Source of the DNA: a virus
DNA: 64,000 bases
Virus record (IMG/VR): IMGVR_UViG_3300046536_000173
Span: 19,471 to 83,470 of that record
Reading direction: 5' to 3' (one strand)
The position numbers and the translations under genes are program-made. This document shows, piece by piece, positions 8,946 to 17,120 of this stretch (the stretch's first letter is position 1; each line of letters starts with the position of its first letter). The notes beneath the pieces were generated by a model. It worked only from the letters and a program-made list of their open reading frames with translations, was not told where the DNA came from and did not search any database.

Positions 8946-10301
8946 CTAAGCCGCCCTCCTCAACTCGACGACGTTGGTCGCGTCGGTCTCGACCAGCCCG
9001 ACCAGCGCCGACGCGGACGGAGCGCCGTCGAGCAATTGATTCGCCCATGCCGTCGCCAGCGCCCGCCGCTGCGCGACGAATGTCGCCTTGTTGTACCGCC
9101 CCTCGACCTCGCCGAACGCCTTATGCGCGAGCATGACATCGATCACGCGCCCCGCGCCGGGGTCCGCTTCGTTATTGATCGTCGAGAACGTCGCCCGCCA
9201 GCCGTGCACCGTATGCCGCCCCGTCAACCCGACGCGCGGAAGCGCGCGCCCCATGACTTCATTCAGGCACGACCGCTCGACGCTGCCGCGCATCCCCTGA
9301 CCTGGAAATACGAAGTCGGAGGAGACGCCCGCCGCGACCTGGAGCGCGCGCGCCGCCCGGAACACGTCCGTCGCCTGGGGCGCGAGCGGGATGACGTGCT
9401 CGCGCTTGTGTCCGCGCCGTCCCTTCATACGGGCGGCGGGGATCTTCCACGTCATGCCGTCCGCCGTCTCGACAAGCTCGCTCCACCGCGCCTCGACGCC
9501 CTCCAGCTTACGGACAGCCGTCAACGCGATCAGCCGATGCGCGAGCTTCGAGAACGGACCCGACGCGCTCGCCTCCACCGCCCGCAACACCGCCCGCGCC
9601 TCCTCGATCGTCTCGACGTGCGCGCGACTGACCTCGCGCGGATCGCCCGCGACGCGCTTCGGCAAATCCGCCGCGATCGCCCGTACCGGGTTTTCCGTGA
9701 CCAGCTTCCTCCGCAACGCGTAATCGAACAGCAATTGCAAATTCTGTTGCACATGCACCGCTTGCGCGCGGAGCGCCGGTCGATCGCCGCGCGCCTTCGT
9801 CAGGCCGATGATCAGCGCCTCGACCTCGCTCGCCGTGACCCGTGCGATCGGACGATCGCCGATCACCGGGTAAATGTGATTCCGAAGCCGAAGCTCGACG
9901 TTGCGCGTATGCGTCGCCGACCAGCCGCGCGCCTCCTGGGAGATGTCGAACCACGCCGCCCCGACGACGCGCACCGTCGCCGCGTCCGCCTCGCGCCGCG
10001 TCGCGCGCGCCTCCTGCCGATCGTGCGCCGGATCGCCGCCTTCGCGGATTGTGCGCCGCAATTCGTCGCGCTTGCCCTTCGCCTCGACGATCCCGAGATC
10101 GGGCCACCGCCCAATGATCGTCGCCTGATGCTTGCCCGCGACGTGGTAGTGCACCTGCCACGACTTCGCGCCGCCCGCGCCGACCAGCAAGTAAAGCCCG
10201 CCGCCGAAGCGGAGCTTGGCCCCCGCCTTCGCCGCCTTTATGTCCGCGCCCGTCGCGAGCTTGCCCGCTTGCCGCGCCGCGTCCTGAATGGTAGTGGTCA
10301 T
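8946..10301 (-). CDS. int: Tyrosine integrase, P4-like with N-terminal arm-binding domain
   Basis: GGGLYLLV...KSW N-terminus. Catalytic set TAVR, RMK, HGWR, LAH and RYN is intact. Confidence 0.95.
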   Translation of the reverse strand: MTTTIQDAARQAGKLATGADIKAAKAGAKLRFGGGLYLLVGAGGAKSWQVHYHVAGKHQATIIGRWPDLGIVEAKGKRDELRRTIREGGDPAHDRQEARATRREADAATVRVVGAAWFDISQEARGWSATHTRNVELRLRNHIYPVIGDRPIARVTASEVEALIIGLTKARGDRPALRAQAVHVQQNLQLLFDYALRRKLVTENPVRAIAADLPKRVAGDPREVSRAHVETIEEARAVLRAVEASASGPFSKLAHRLIALTAVRKLEGVEARWSELVETADGMTWKIPAARMKGRRGHKREHVIPLAPQATDVFRAARALQVAAGVSSDFVFPGQGMRGSVERSCLNEVMGRALPRVGLTGRHTVHGWRATFSTINNEADPGAGRVIDVMLAHKAFGEVEGRYNKATFVAQRRALATAWANQLLDGAPSASALVGLVETDATNVVELRRAA

Positions 10302-10328
10302 GTGTGAATCCCTTTCGTTGGAATGCAG

Positions 10329-10359
10329 AACGGGCGCCCCTGCCAGGGAGCGCCCGTTT
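10329..10359 (-). promoter_or_regulatory. Conserved hairpin just upstream of the integrase RBS (attenuator/terminator candidate)
   Basis: AACGGGCGC...GCGCCCGTT inverted repeat, retained at ~51706..51736 although the flanking genes differ. Confidence 0.55.
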
Positions 10360-10364
10360 CGTTG

Positions 10365-10676
10365 TCAGTCATTGCAAGAGGAAGGCCGGGGCTGTTCGTT
10401 GCACCGCCCCGACTCCCGATTGAACTTCCGCCAGCGCGCCGCTTCCGCTTCCTCGGCCCGTTGCTTTTGCTCACGTGCCGCCTCGAATTCCCGCCTGGAG
10501 ATCGAGGGGACGTTTGTGAAGCAGACGATCCGCCAATCACCGTTGACGATGATCCGCGTTTCGTCATTCGGGCAGACCCACAGTCCATCTGCCCGCTGGT
10601 GCGGGACCATCTGCGCCTGGGCGGTCGCGAACGTGCCGACCGCCAGGACCGCCGCGAGGAGCGTCGCGCGGATCAT
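10365..10676 (-). CDS. Small secreted protein (signal peptide), accessory
   Basis: MIRATLLAAVLAVGTFATAQA signal peptide and four Cys. Absent from the equivalent position at 51.7 kb. Confidence 0.65.
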   Translation of the reverse strand: MIRATLLAAVLAVGTFATAQAQMVPHQRADGLWVCPNDETRIIVNGDWRIVCFTNVPSISRREFEAAREQKQRAEEAEAARWRKFNRESGRCNEQPRPSSCND

Positions 10677-10957
10677 CGACCCGCGTCCGCCGTGAGCCGC
10701 GCCAGCTTCGCCGCGCAGCGTGCGCAGATCGGAACCGCCCCGAGGATCGGATGCGCCGCCGTCGCCGTCGCCGGGTTGTCGCACAGCGCGAACCATTTGC
10801 ACTTGGCTGGAGCCGCTTCGTCGATCGCCGCGATCTCGCGATCCCGCCGCCACTTCGCCTCGGCGCGCGTCATGCCGTCCCATTTCACGCGCCCATCGAC
10901 CATGACGCACCATTGGTGCCCGTCGTCGCCCCCGATCTGTCGGATCGTCACGCGCAT
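10673..10957 (-). CDS. Hypothetical protein with C-terminal Cys4 Zn-finger-like motif
   Basis: CKWFALC...HPILGAVPICARC, shared with 51743..51970. Confidence 0.7.
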   Translation of the reverse strand: MRVTIRQIGGDDGHQWCVMVDGRVKWDGMTRAEAKWRRDREIAAIDEAAPAKCKWFALCDNPATATAAHPILGAVPICARCAAKLARLTADAGR

Positions 10958-10960
10958 CGA

Positions 10961-11200
10961 TCAGCCCTCGCCCGCGTTGAGCTTCGCGACGATCGCATCG
11001 ATCGCCGCCTGTTCGCCCGCGCAAGCGACCATCCGCAGATCGCGCGCCGCGTGCCCGTGCTCGCGATAGTCCGCGCGCTCGGCCTCGACCTCCGCTTTCG
11101 CCCATGAGCCGAACGCGACGCCCCACCGCTCGCCGGGTTCATACCGTGAGAGGAGGACGTGATACTTGCGCGTCGCCGTCGTTGCTGTTTTCGTCGTCAT
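10961..11200 (-). CDS. Hypothetical protein, first gene of the integrase operon
   Basis: AAAGGGA RBS. N-terminus MTTKTAT shared with 51974..52204. Confidence 0.7.
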   Translation of the reverse strand: MTTKTATTATRKYHVLLSRYEPGERWGVAFGSWAKAEVEAERADYREHGHAARDLRMVACAGEQAAIDAIVAKLNAGEG

Positions 11201-11259
11201 GTTGGAGTCCCTTTCATGCGGAAATCATGCGGAGCAGGATGTCATACCCTGTCGTCACA

Positions 11260-11274
11260 TTGCATTCCGTGCAA
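11260..11274. promoter_or_regulatory. Operator TTGCA-N5-TGCAA
   Basis: TTGCATTCCGTGCAA, identical at 52265. Confidence 0.7.
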
Positions 11275-11464
11275 GGGGAGGTGGACGCTTATGGCTGAAA
11301 ACACAAGGAAATGTCGCGCCCTGTCGGACCCTGACGTTGCACCCCGCGATGTGTTCAACAACGCCGGATGATGGTCTAAGTGGCTGTGGCAGTAGGGTTT
11401 CCGCCGATCCATGCGATCGACCATGCGAGAAAACATGCGAACGCGCATGGGTGCCACGTTCACC

Positions 11465-11479
11465 TTGCATGGATTGCAA
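11465..11479. promoter_or_regulatory. Operator TTGCA-N5-TGCAA
   Basis: TTGCATGGATTGCAA, identical at 52470. Confidence 0.65.
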
Positions 11480-11483
11480 CCGA

Positions 11484-11615
11484 TCAGCGCTGATCGAGGC
11501 CGGTTCCCCGCGCGAGCCGCCGATACGCCGCAAGCTCCGCGCGATCGAACCCCCACGAGACGAACGACCCGACCAGCGCGCCGAACGCGAACGCCGCGAG
11601 GAGCGCGTAAATCAT
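11484..11615 (-). CDS. 43-aa membrane peptide
   Basis: MIYALLAAFAFGALVGSFVSWG..., with an ATGA overlap to the upstream ORF. Confidence 0.5.
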   Translation of the reverse strand: MIYALLAAFAFGALVGSFVSWGFDRAELAAYRRLARGTGLDQR

Positions 11616-11959
11616 CCCCCGCCCTGCCACCGCATGAACGCCGCGAGCGCTGCCGCTTCCGTCTCCGTGAGCGGAGCATCATCCTCCATCGCCGCGAACA
11701 GCTTCGCGGAATCCTCCGCGTCGATGACGCGCCGACCGTCGTCGAGCACGGAGCAACGCAGATCGACGCCGAATACGCTGATCACGCCCGACCATACCGC
11801 TTTGGGGATCTGACCCGGACCACGCATCCGCGCCGGGGTCACAACGCGATCATTGCACGCGCGGCAACATCGTCCCTCCGCCACCGGCTCCGCGTTGTGC
11901 CCGCGCGCCCAGCCGCTGGCCCGCACCGCGATCTCGCACCCGCATATGACGCAGATCAT
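11612..11959 (-). CDS. Hypothetical protein (N-terminal Cys-rich module plus domain shared with 52991..53212)
   Basis: CVIC...HNAEPV..GRCC.AC, then QIPKAVWSGV...LDDGRRVIDAED. Confidence 0.65.
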   Translation of the reverse strand: MICVICGCEIAVRASGWARGHNAEPVAEGRCCRACNDRVVTPARMRGPGQIPKAVWSGVISVFGVDLRCSVLDDGRRVIDAEDSAKLFAAMEDDAPLTETEAAALAAFMRWQGGG

Positions 11960-12183
11960 GGCCTCCCCCTTCGCTCGCGAACCTCAACCGTGGGCGCCAA
12001 GCGCGCGACCTCCTCGATCGAGCACGGCTTGCGCCATTGCGCGCTTGTGAACTCGCGTCCGACTTCCGCCGTCATCTCGCCATCCGATACCGCGATCACC
12101 GCCTCGGTGGTGCCGCACATGTCGAAGATTCGATCGCGGGTGGCTTCGATCCGTCTCCGCATTGTCGGGGTCCAACGGACCAC
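11956..12183 (-). CDS. Hypothetical protein
   Basis: Homologue at 53424..53678 (QWRKP.SIEEVARLAPT). Start codon uncertain. Confidence 0.6.
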   Translation of the reverse strand: MVRWTPTMRRRIEATRDRIFDMCGTTEAVIAVSDGEMTAEVGREFTSAQWRKPCSIEEVARLAPTVEVRERRGRP

Positions 12184-12389
12184 CGGGATCGGGCGTGCTT
12201 TGGCGAGGTCATGCAGCGCTAGACTCAGATGCCAAAGCGGTCGGCCCGATGCGTAGACGCTTCATTCAAGACCAATGTTCACGGTCAAGCACGCCGATAC
12301 GCTGTCGCCCGCCCACCAATAGTGGCCCTCGACGATCTGGCGCTCCGGGTCGAACACCGGATGCGACAACGCGAATTCGATCTGTGATC

Positions 12390-12614
12390 TCATGCTTTCC
12401 TCCTCCTCGATGATCGCCCCGCTGGAGCCGCTGGGCGCGTCGCACGCGGGTCGGGGGCCGCGCCCGCTGTCGTCGTGTCCCGCCCTGGCACGAGCCAGCC
12501 GTGGGCCTCCTCGCAGCGTAGGCACCATCCCTGGTCCGGCTTGCCCGTCGCGATCTCGCCCGGAGCGACCGCCATCGACTTACGCCCGCAGTCGGTGCAC
12601 CGGGGCAGTGTCAA
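12390..12614 (-). CDS. Small Zn-finger-like protein
   Basis: CTDC...WCLRC. Homologue at 53840..54103. Confidence 0.55.
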   Translation of the reverse strand: MTLPRCTDCGRKSMAVAPGEIATGKPDQGWCLRCEEAHGWLVPGRDTTTAGAAPDPRATRPAAPAGRSSRRRKA

Positions 12615-12829
12615 TCCTCCTCCTCCCCGTCGTCGCCGACATAGAAGTTCGCTTCGCCCTCCGGGCACTCCTCGCGAAGCAACACGAGACAGCGCCGCAC
12701 GCTTGCGGGGCCGGTGCCGAATGACTCCGTCGAATGACCGCACCGCTCGCACGTCGCCGATACGCCTTCGACTTCGCGCCCGTCGTCGTTTTCCAGGTCG
12801 ATGAAATCGATCGAGCACGAGACTTTCAC
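12611..12829 (-). CDS. Small acidic Cys-containing protein (unit 2 only)
   Basis: GTG start overlapping the upstream stop. CERCGH motif. Confidence 0.55.
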   Translation of the reverse strand: MKVSCSIDFIDLENDDGREVEGVSATCERCGHSTESFGTGPASVRRCLVLLREECPEGEANFYVGDDGEEED

Positions 12830-12915
12830 GGCACCCGCATCGCCTCGATCGTCAACAGCACGATCCCGACCCATGCGACCGCGAGGAACGCGACCAGAGC
12901 GAGGAGCCGCGCCAT
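12826..12915 (-). CDS. 29-aa membrane peptide
   Basis: MARLLALVAFLAVAWVGIVLLTIEAMRVP. Positional homologue at 54100..54195. Confidence 0.55.
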   Translation of the reverse strand: MARLLALVAFLAVAWVGIVLLTIEAMRVP

Positions 12916-12921
12916 CGCGCG

Positions 12922-13236
12922 TCAATGCGCCCCGTGCGGGCCGGGTTGCTCCGCGAGGATCGACAGCATCATTCGCCCGAAGCGCTCCATATCGCCCGCC
13001 GTGTCCGCGTCGATGCCTGTCGGATGATCGATCAGCTGGTCCGCATACCATTGGACCTCTGGCAGGGTCAGCGCTGCCGTCGTGTCGCCGATCGTAAACA
13101 AAAGATGATGCGCGCCGCGCCCCGTCTCGACCGGAACGGCCATCATCGTTTCCAGGTGAAACACCTGACCCGCGAGCCGGAACGCGCGCAACAGCGCGAG
13201 CATCCCGACATGGCCGCGCAACGCTTCAGTCCGCAT
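12922..13236 (-). CDS. Hypothetical protein
   Basis: Homologue at 54197..54502. Confidence 0.7.
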   Translation of the reverse strand: MRTEALRGHVGMLALLRAFRLAGQVFHLETMMAVPVETGRGAHHLLFTIGDTTAALTLPEVQWYADQLIDHPTGIDADTAGDMERFGRMMLSILAEQPGPHGAH

Positions 13237-13441
13237 CGATCGCCGCCTTCTTCGTCGGGTAGAGCATGTCCGCGACAAGCTGCGCCGCGCGCATGGTCTG
13301 AAACGGCTTGTCGCAGCACGGGCACCGATCAAGCGGAAGCCGCTCGCTGGGCGGTGGCATGATCACAAGCCCGTCGATCCCCTCGACAATCGCCAGCCCG
13401 TCGCAACGCTTACCGTCGGTCGTCCATCGCTCCTCGCTCAT
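13226..13441 (-). CDS. Hypothetical protein with CPCC motif
   Basis: Homologue at 54492..54722. Confidence 0.65.
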   Translation of the reverse strand: MSEERWTTDGKRCDGLAIVEGIDGLVIMPPPSERLPLDRCPCCDKPFQTMRAAQLVADMLYPTKKAAIDAD

Positions 13442-13634
13442 GTTCGCGTTCCCTCTCAAGGTGGTTCAAAACCGCGTCCATCACGTCGATGCGGCGATCC
13501 GCCCGCCGCCGGTTCATCCGCCCCTCGCGACACGCGCGCCCGTAAACCTCGCGCCGCATCTGACACTCGCGCTGAATCTCCTCGATCATGTCGTCGATCG
13601 AGACAGGGTGGCGGGGGAGGAGATCATCCGACAT
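13410..13634 (-). CDS. Conserved phage hypothetical protein
   Basis: RE..MR..VY......GRM motif. Homologue at 54688..54912. Confidence 0.7.
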   Translation of the reverse strand: MSDDLLPRHPVSIDDMIEEIQRECQMRREVYGRACREGRMNRRRADRRIDVMDAVLNHLEREREHERGAMDDRR

Positions 13635-13902
13635 CGCGCCGCCTCCGCTTGTCGCCCGCCGCCTGGGCCTCGCGCAGCCGCGCGACGTAGGCGTTGTAAT
13701 CGCTCGCCCGCCAGCGTGGGGTGTTGTGCCCGAGCATCAACGGCGCGGGGAACGCGCCTTCCCTCACGAGCCGTTGCACCGTCCGCTGGGTGACGTGCAG
13801 CAATTGCGCGACCGTGCGCTGATCGATCAGCCGGGGGACGATCGCGCTCGCCGCGCCCGCGTCCGCCTCGATCTCGACCGGAGCCGTCCGCGCCGCCATC
13901 AC
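13624..13902 (-). CDS. AlpA-family regulator / excisionase
   Basis: VAQLLHVTQRTVQRLVREGAFPAP...RWRASD winged-HTH motif. Confidence 0.85.
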   Translation of the reverse strand: MMAARTAPVEIEADAGAASAIVPRLIDQRTVAQLLHVTQRTVQRLVREGAFPAPLMLGHNTPRWRASDYNAYVARLREAQAAGDKRRRRDVG

Positions 13903-14144
13903 GCAGCCGCCGACGCCGCGCCTCGCAGGTGCGGCATCATCGGGGGTTCGTCCGCTTCCGCTTCCGCTTCCGGTGCATCGACCTGGGCGATCACCGGCAT
14001 GTCGCGCAACCGCGCCTTGACGTAATCGACGACGAACTCGCGCCGATCCTGGTGTAGCGTCGCGACCAGATCGAACACGCGCGAGATCACGAGCAATTCG
14101 TGATCATGGGTCAGCTTGCCGCGCGTCGGTTGTTTCGTGCTCAT
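13899..14144 (-). CDS. Hypothetical protein
   Basis: Near-identical to 55153..55392. Confidence 0.75.
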   Translation of the reverse strand: MSTKQPTRGKLTHDHELLVISRVFDLVATLHQDRREFVVDYVKARLRDMPVIAQVDAPEAEAEADEPPMMPHLRGAASAAA

Positions 14145-15412
14145 GTGCTTTTGCTCCCCTTCAGGATTGCCCGCCGTGTCGCGATCGCTTCGTTCAACCG
14201 ATCCTGGTCGGGCGGAAAGTCGATCGCCGCGCGCGTCTTCGCCCGCCATTCCGCGCTGGTCGCCAGCGCGTCGAGCGCGATCAGGTCCATCGCCTCGACC
14301 TCCGCGAGCAATTCGAGGATCGGATCGTCTGGCCATCCCTCGACGCCTGGAGGATTGCCGCCGCCCGGGTCGAAGCCCGGAGGAGCGCCGCTGTCGAAGC
14401 CTGGAGGAGCGGGCCAATCGGGCGGGGGCGGCTGCTCCGCGACCTTGCGCACACGCTCGCGCGCCGTGCTGATCATCCTGGTGATCTGATCGCGGATCAG
14501 CGTCGGCGCCGTTGCGAGCGAAGCGACCACGCGCTCGTGCCGCTCGATCGCCGCGACCCGCGCCTCCGTCGTCGCCGCCATGAGGAGCGCCGACAGGTTC
14601 CGCAGCCATAGCGTGCCGTTGCCTTCCATGAGCGGAGCGAAGCCCTCCAGCGCGTCGCCAGAGGGCGGCGGTGGGGGTGGTTGCTCCACGACCTTGCGAT
14701 CGCGCTCCGTCATGCCAGGATCACCGTGGTCGATCGTGCCCTCGATCGTCACGCCGCCCGTGTCGGTCTCGTGGTCTTCCATCTCCTCGGCGGTGTAGCC
14801 CAGGCCCTCCTCGGGGAACGCCGCGCGCAACGTCGCCGCCTTCGTGCACTTGTGCAGCATTTGCCGGGGCGCCTTCGACCATCGGTCGTTGGGAACCTCC
14901 GTGCGGAAGCCCGCGCGCGCGTAGCATTCCTCGAAGAACAATTGCTCGGTGAACGCGCGACGCTCGCCGCCGACCAGCCGCCAGACCGTCACCGCGCACG
15001 ATGTCGGATAGGTCATCGTAATCTCGACCGCGCGCTTGCTGCCGTCGTCGTTGTCTATCGTGCCGCGAAAGGTGCGCTCGACCGCCGGTCCCCATTGCGG
15101 CAGGTCCATCCCCGCCCATGCTCCGGTGCGCGAAGCCGTGATCTCGACTTCGTTGATCCCTTGCATCACGACCTGGACGCGCCGCTTTAGCTTCGCGTTC
15201 CACATAGGGACTATGTGACAGGGCCTTTTGAACGGATCGAGACGACGCACCGCGCAGTATTCGACGACCGCCATGATGATCTCGGTCGTCTCGGCGGACG
15301 GATACAGATCGCACAGTGTCCGCCAGGACGCGTCGGTGCCGCCGAATATCGCGGGCTTGGTGTAGCGTGGCGCGACCGTCATCGCCTGCCGCTCGCGAGC
15401 TTGCTGCGCCAT
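14141..15412 (-). CDS. bet: Single-strand annealing recombinase (Bet/RecT family)
   Basis: LDPF...HIV, GI.....A.RTG..AG and W...PRQML.KC....LR.AFPE motifs. Confidence 0.88.
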   Translation of the reverse strand: MAQQARERQAMTVAPRYTKPAIFGGTDASWRTLCDLYPSAETTEIIMAVVEYCAVRRLDPFKRPCHIVPMWNAKLKRRVQVVMQGINEVEITASRTGAWAGMDLPQWGPAVERTFRGTIDNDDGSKRAVEITMTYPTSCAVTVWRLVGGERRAFTEQLFFEECYARAGFRTEVPNDRWSKAPRQMLHKCTKAATLRAAFPEEGLGYTAEEMEDHETDTGGVTIEGTIDHGDPGMTERDRKVVEQPPPPPPSGDALEGFAPLMEGNGTLWLRNLSALLMAATTEARVAAIERHERVVASLATAPTLIRDQITRMISTARERVRKVAEQPPPPDWPAPPGFDSGAPPGFDPGGGNPPGVEGWPDDPILELLAEVEAMDLIALDALATSAEWRAKTRAAIDFPPDQDRLNEAIATRRAILKGSKST

Positions 15413-15414
15413 CG

Positions 15415-15957
15415 TCAGAGCTTCCTGATCCGCAATACCTGTCCCGCGTTCGACAGCACCGCGCCGGGGACGACGACGCCTTGCTCCAGATCGTCGATCA
15501 GCGGGGTCCGCATCAGGATTCGCTCGGTCTTGAAGTATTCATCGGGCACAAGCTGTTCGTCGGTGAGCACGAGCGACGCGCGCCCCGCCGCGATGCTCGC
15601 CGCGCCCCATTTCGCGCGCCGCGCCTTCGTTTCGGTCGCGTTCATTAAATCCTCGATCACCTTGCGCACCGTCTCCGCGCGCGCCCGATACCTGTCCCGC
15701 CGGTTGACCATCTCGCGCCGCAGATCGTCCGCCTCGACCTCGCGCCGCTCGATCCACACGAGCGCGTCGATCGAGCGATCGAGCAAGACATCGGGGTGCG
15801 GCATCTCCGCGTCGGCCAGCGCCGCCCGGATCACCTCCTCATCCTCGGTGATCGAGGGGTCGAGGGCATACATCTCGCGCAATTGCTGCCACGCTGACAC
15901 GACGCGCTCCAATTGACCCGCCGAGGGAACCCGTGGTGCGTTGTTGCTGTCCGACAT
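15415..15957 (-). CDS. Siphovirus Gp157-like protein
   Basis: Coiled coil followed by DEQLVPDEYF...L..G..VPGA.L. Directly upstream of bet. Confidence 0.75.
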   Translation of the reverse strand: MSDSNNAPRVPSAGQLERVVSAWQQLREMYALDPSITEDEEVIRAALADAEMPHPDVLLDRSIDALVWIERREVEADDLRREMVNRRDRYRARAETVRKVIEDLMNATETKARRAKWGAASIAAGRASLVLTDEQLVPDEYFKTERILMRTPLIDDLEQGVVVPGAVLSNAGQVLRIRKL

Positions 15958-15986
15958 GCCGCCGCGCTCCTCTGAACCGGAGCGAG

Positions 15987-16018
15987 GAGGTTAGGCCGAA
16001 CCTTGCACGGCATGCAAG
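15987..16018 (-). promoter_or_regulatory. Leftward early promoter with operator over the -35
   Basis: Minus strand TTGCAT-N18-TAACCT. Operator TTGCACGGCATGCAA at 16003..16017. Conserved at 57690..57721. Confidence 0.6.
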
Positions 16019-16094
16019 TCTGGAGATGACCGGAGAGGACGACGACGCCCGACTTCACGCGTCGCGCGAGCGTGTTGACGTGGGCTTGCGCGGA

Positions 16095-16622
16095 CTAATT
16101 GTGGCGGGCTAGCGTCCTGCGCTTTGTCAAACGCCGATGGGAGGAGCCGGATGATTTTTTCGTCGATCGTTCCTCATGCGCATCATGTGCATCATTTGGT
16201 ATTGTTCGCGGTCGGTTCCTGCCGCTGGGCGGTTCCTCATCCGCGAGCGCTCGATTGGCTCGCGCGAAAAGTTCGCTTTGACGTTGCCAGTAATCCGCCG
16301 CGTCCAATAATTCGGGGTTGCCGGCCTTCAAGGCGCGATACAGCCATTGCACCAGATGTTCCGACAACACTCCCGCGACCAGATAATTCGGATCAACCCG
16401 AAAAAGCAGGGAAATCCGAAGCAGATCGACGAACTTAGGCAGGTTCGCGCCCGCCTCCCATCGACCATACATCGCCGGACTGACCCACAACCGCTTGGCC
16501 CATCGCGCCTTGGTGTGATGCTCCGCGCCGAACCTCTCCCCGTATGCCTTGCGCAGCTACCGCAACCGCTCGCCGAAGCCCCTCATCAATAACTTGTCGC
16601 CGCTCTCCTGGCGTTCTGGCAT
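16095..16622 (-). pseudogene. XRE-family immunity repressor with in-frame amber stop at codon 22
   Basis: MPERQESGDKLLMRGFGERLR*LRKAY, versus ...GFGERLRLLRKAY in unit 3. TAG is the complement of 16557..16559. Confidence 0.8.
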
Positions 16623-16759
16623 TGCATAAACCTCAAAGCACTGGACACGAACTATCGGCCCGCGCGCGCGAGCTTGTGAGTGTTATCCTGATCGGTCGGA
16701 ATCACCGAAGCGGTGAACTCTAGATCGTCGCGCCGCACAACCGCAAGCCACAACGTGGG

Positions 16760-16790
16760 CTTGCACGCCATGCAAGTGCTGGCCTAGTGT
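16760..16790 (+). promoter_or_regulatory. Rightward promoter with operator over the -35 (probably leaderless cro transcript)
   Basis: CTTGCACGCCATGCAAG. TTGCAC-N18-TAGTGT ends 5 nt before the ATG at 16796, and there is no SD sequence. Confidence 0.6.
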
Positions 16791-16795
16791 GTGGT

Positions 16796-17053
16796 ATGCG
16801 ACACGACCGGATCATCGAACTGTTTGGTGGCAACGTCGCGCTTGGCGATCTGGTTGGTCGCAGCGATAGCGCCGTATCGCGTTGGCGCGTCAACGGCATC
16901 CCGCCGCAATACTGGCTGATGATCGTCGCGCTGTCGCGCAGGCACGCGAGCGAGCAAGTCTCTTTCGAGATGATCGCCGCTGGTCCACCGGTCCGGGCCT
17001 TCGCCGTCCGCCCCAAGATAACCAAGGGCAGAACTCCCGAAACGGTGGCCTAG
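16796..17053 (+). CDS. Cro-like repressor
   Basis: IIELFGG...L...VG.S.SAVSRWR..GIP HTH, divergent from the repressor. Confidence 0.85.
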   Translation: MRHDRIIELFGGNVALGDLVGRSDSAVSRWRVNGIPPQYWLMIVALSRRHASEQVSFEMIAAGPPVRAFAVRPKITKGRTPETVA

Positions 17054-17057
17054 CGTT

Positions 17058-17120
17058 GTGGGGCGCGCACCTTTCCGACTGACCGCGCCGATTCTGATCG
17101 AGGATGGGCGGGCACCATGA
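17058..17120 (+). pseudogene. Orphaned 5' end of the VRR-NUC gene
   Basis: MGRAPFRLTAPILIED matches the unit 3 start [16 protein letters not shown] and stops at the HNH start. Confidence 0.65.

Larger units (their letters stand above)
1..11300. mobile_element. Prophage unit 1 (right-hand part: baseplate, fibres and, if the junction is the attP-like site, integrase)
   Basis: Gene-for-gene homologous to 39.4-52.3 kb. The right boundary is ~11.3 kb (attP-like site) or ~8.9 kb (shared terminator block). Confidence 0.8.
11215..11479. other. attP-like site: CATGCG direct repeats flanking a 39-bp identical block, with two operators
   Basis: CATGCG at 11215, 11226, 11410, 11422 and 11434, CATGGG at 11446. 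11365..11403 is identical to 52370..52408. Confidence 0.55.

Noticed and set aside
11365-11403. tRNA fragment in the 39-bp block
   Set aside because: Only a vague D-arm resemblance. No TTCRA T-loop, acceptor stem or CCA on either strand.
11410-11451. CRISPR array
   Set aside because: 6-bp repeats at 12-bp period are far too short, and there are no cas genes.
16557-16559. Genome-wide amber recoding
   Set aside because: TAG terminates other genes at conserved positions (e.g. both cro copies), and no other internal TAG was noticed.
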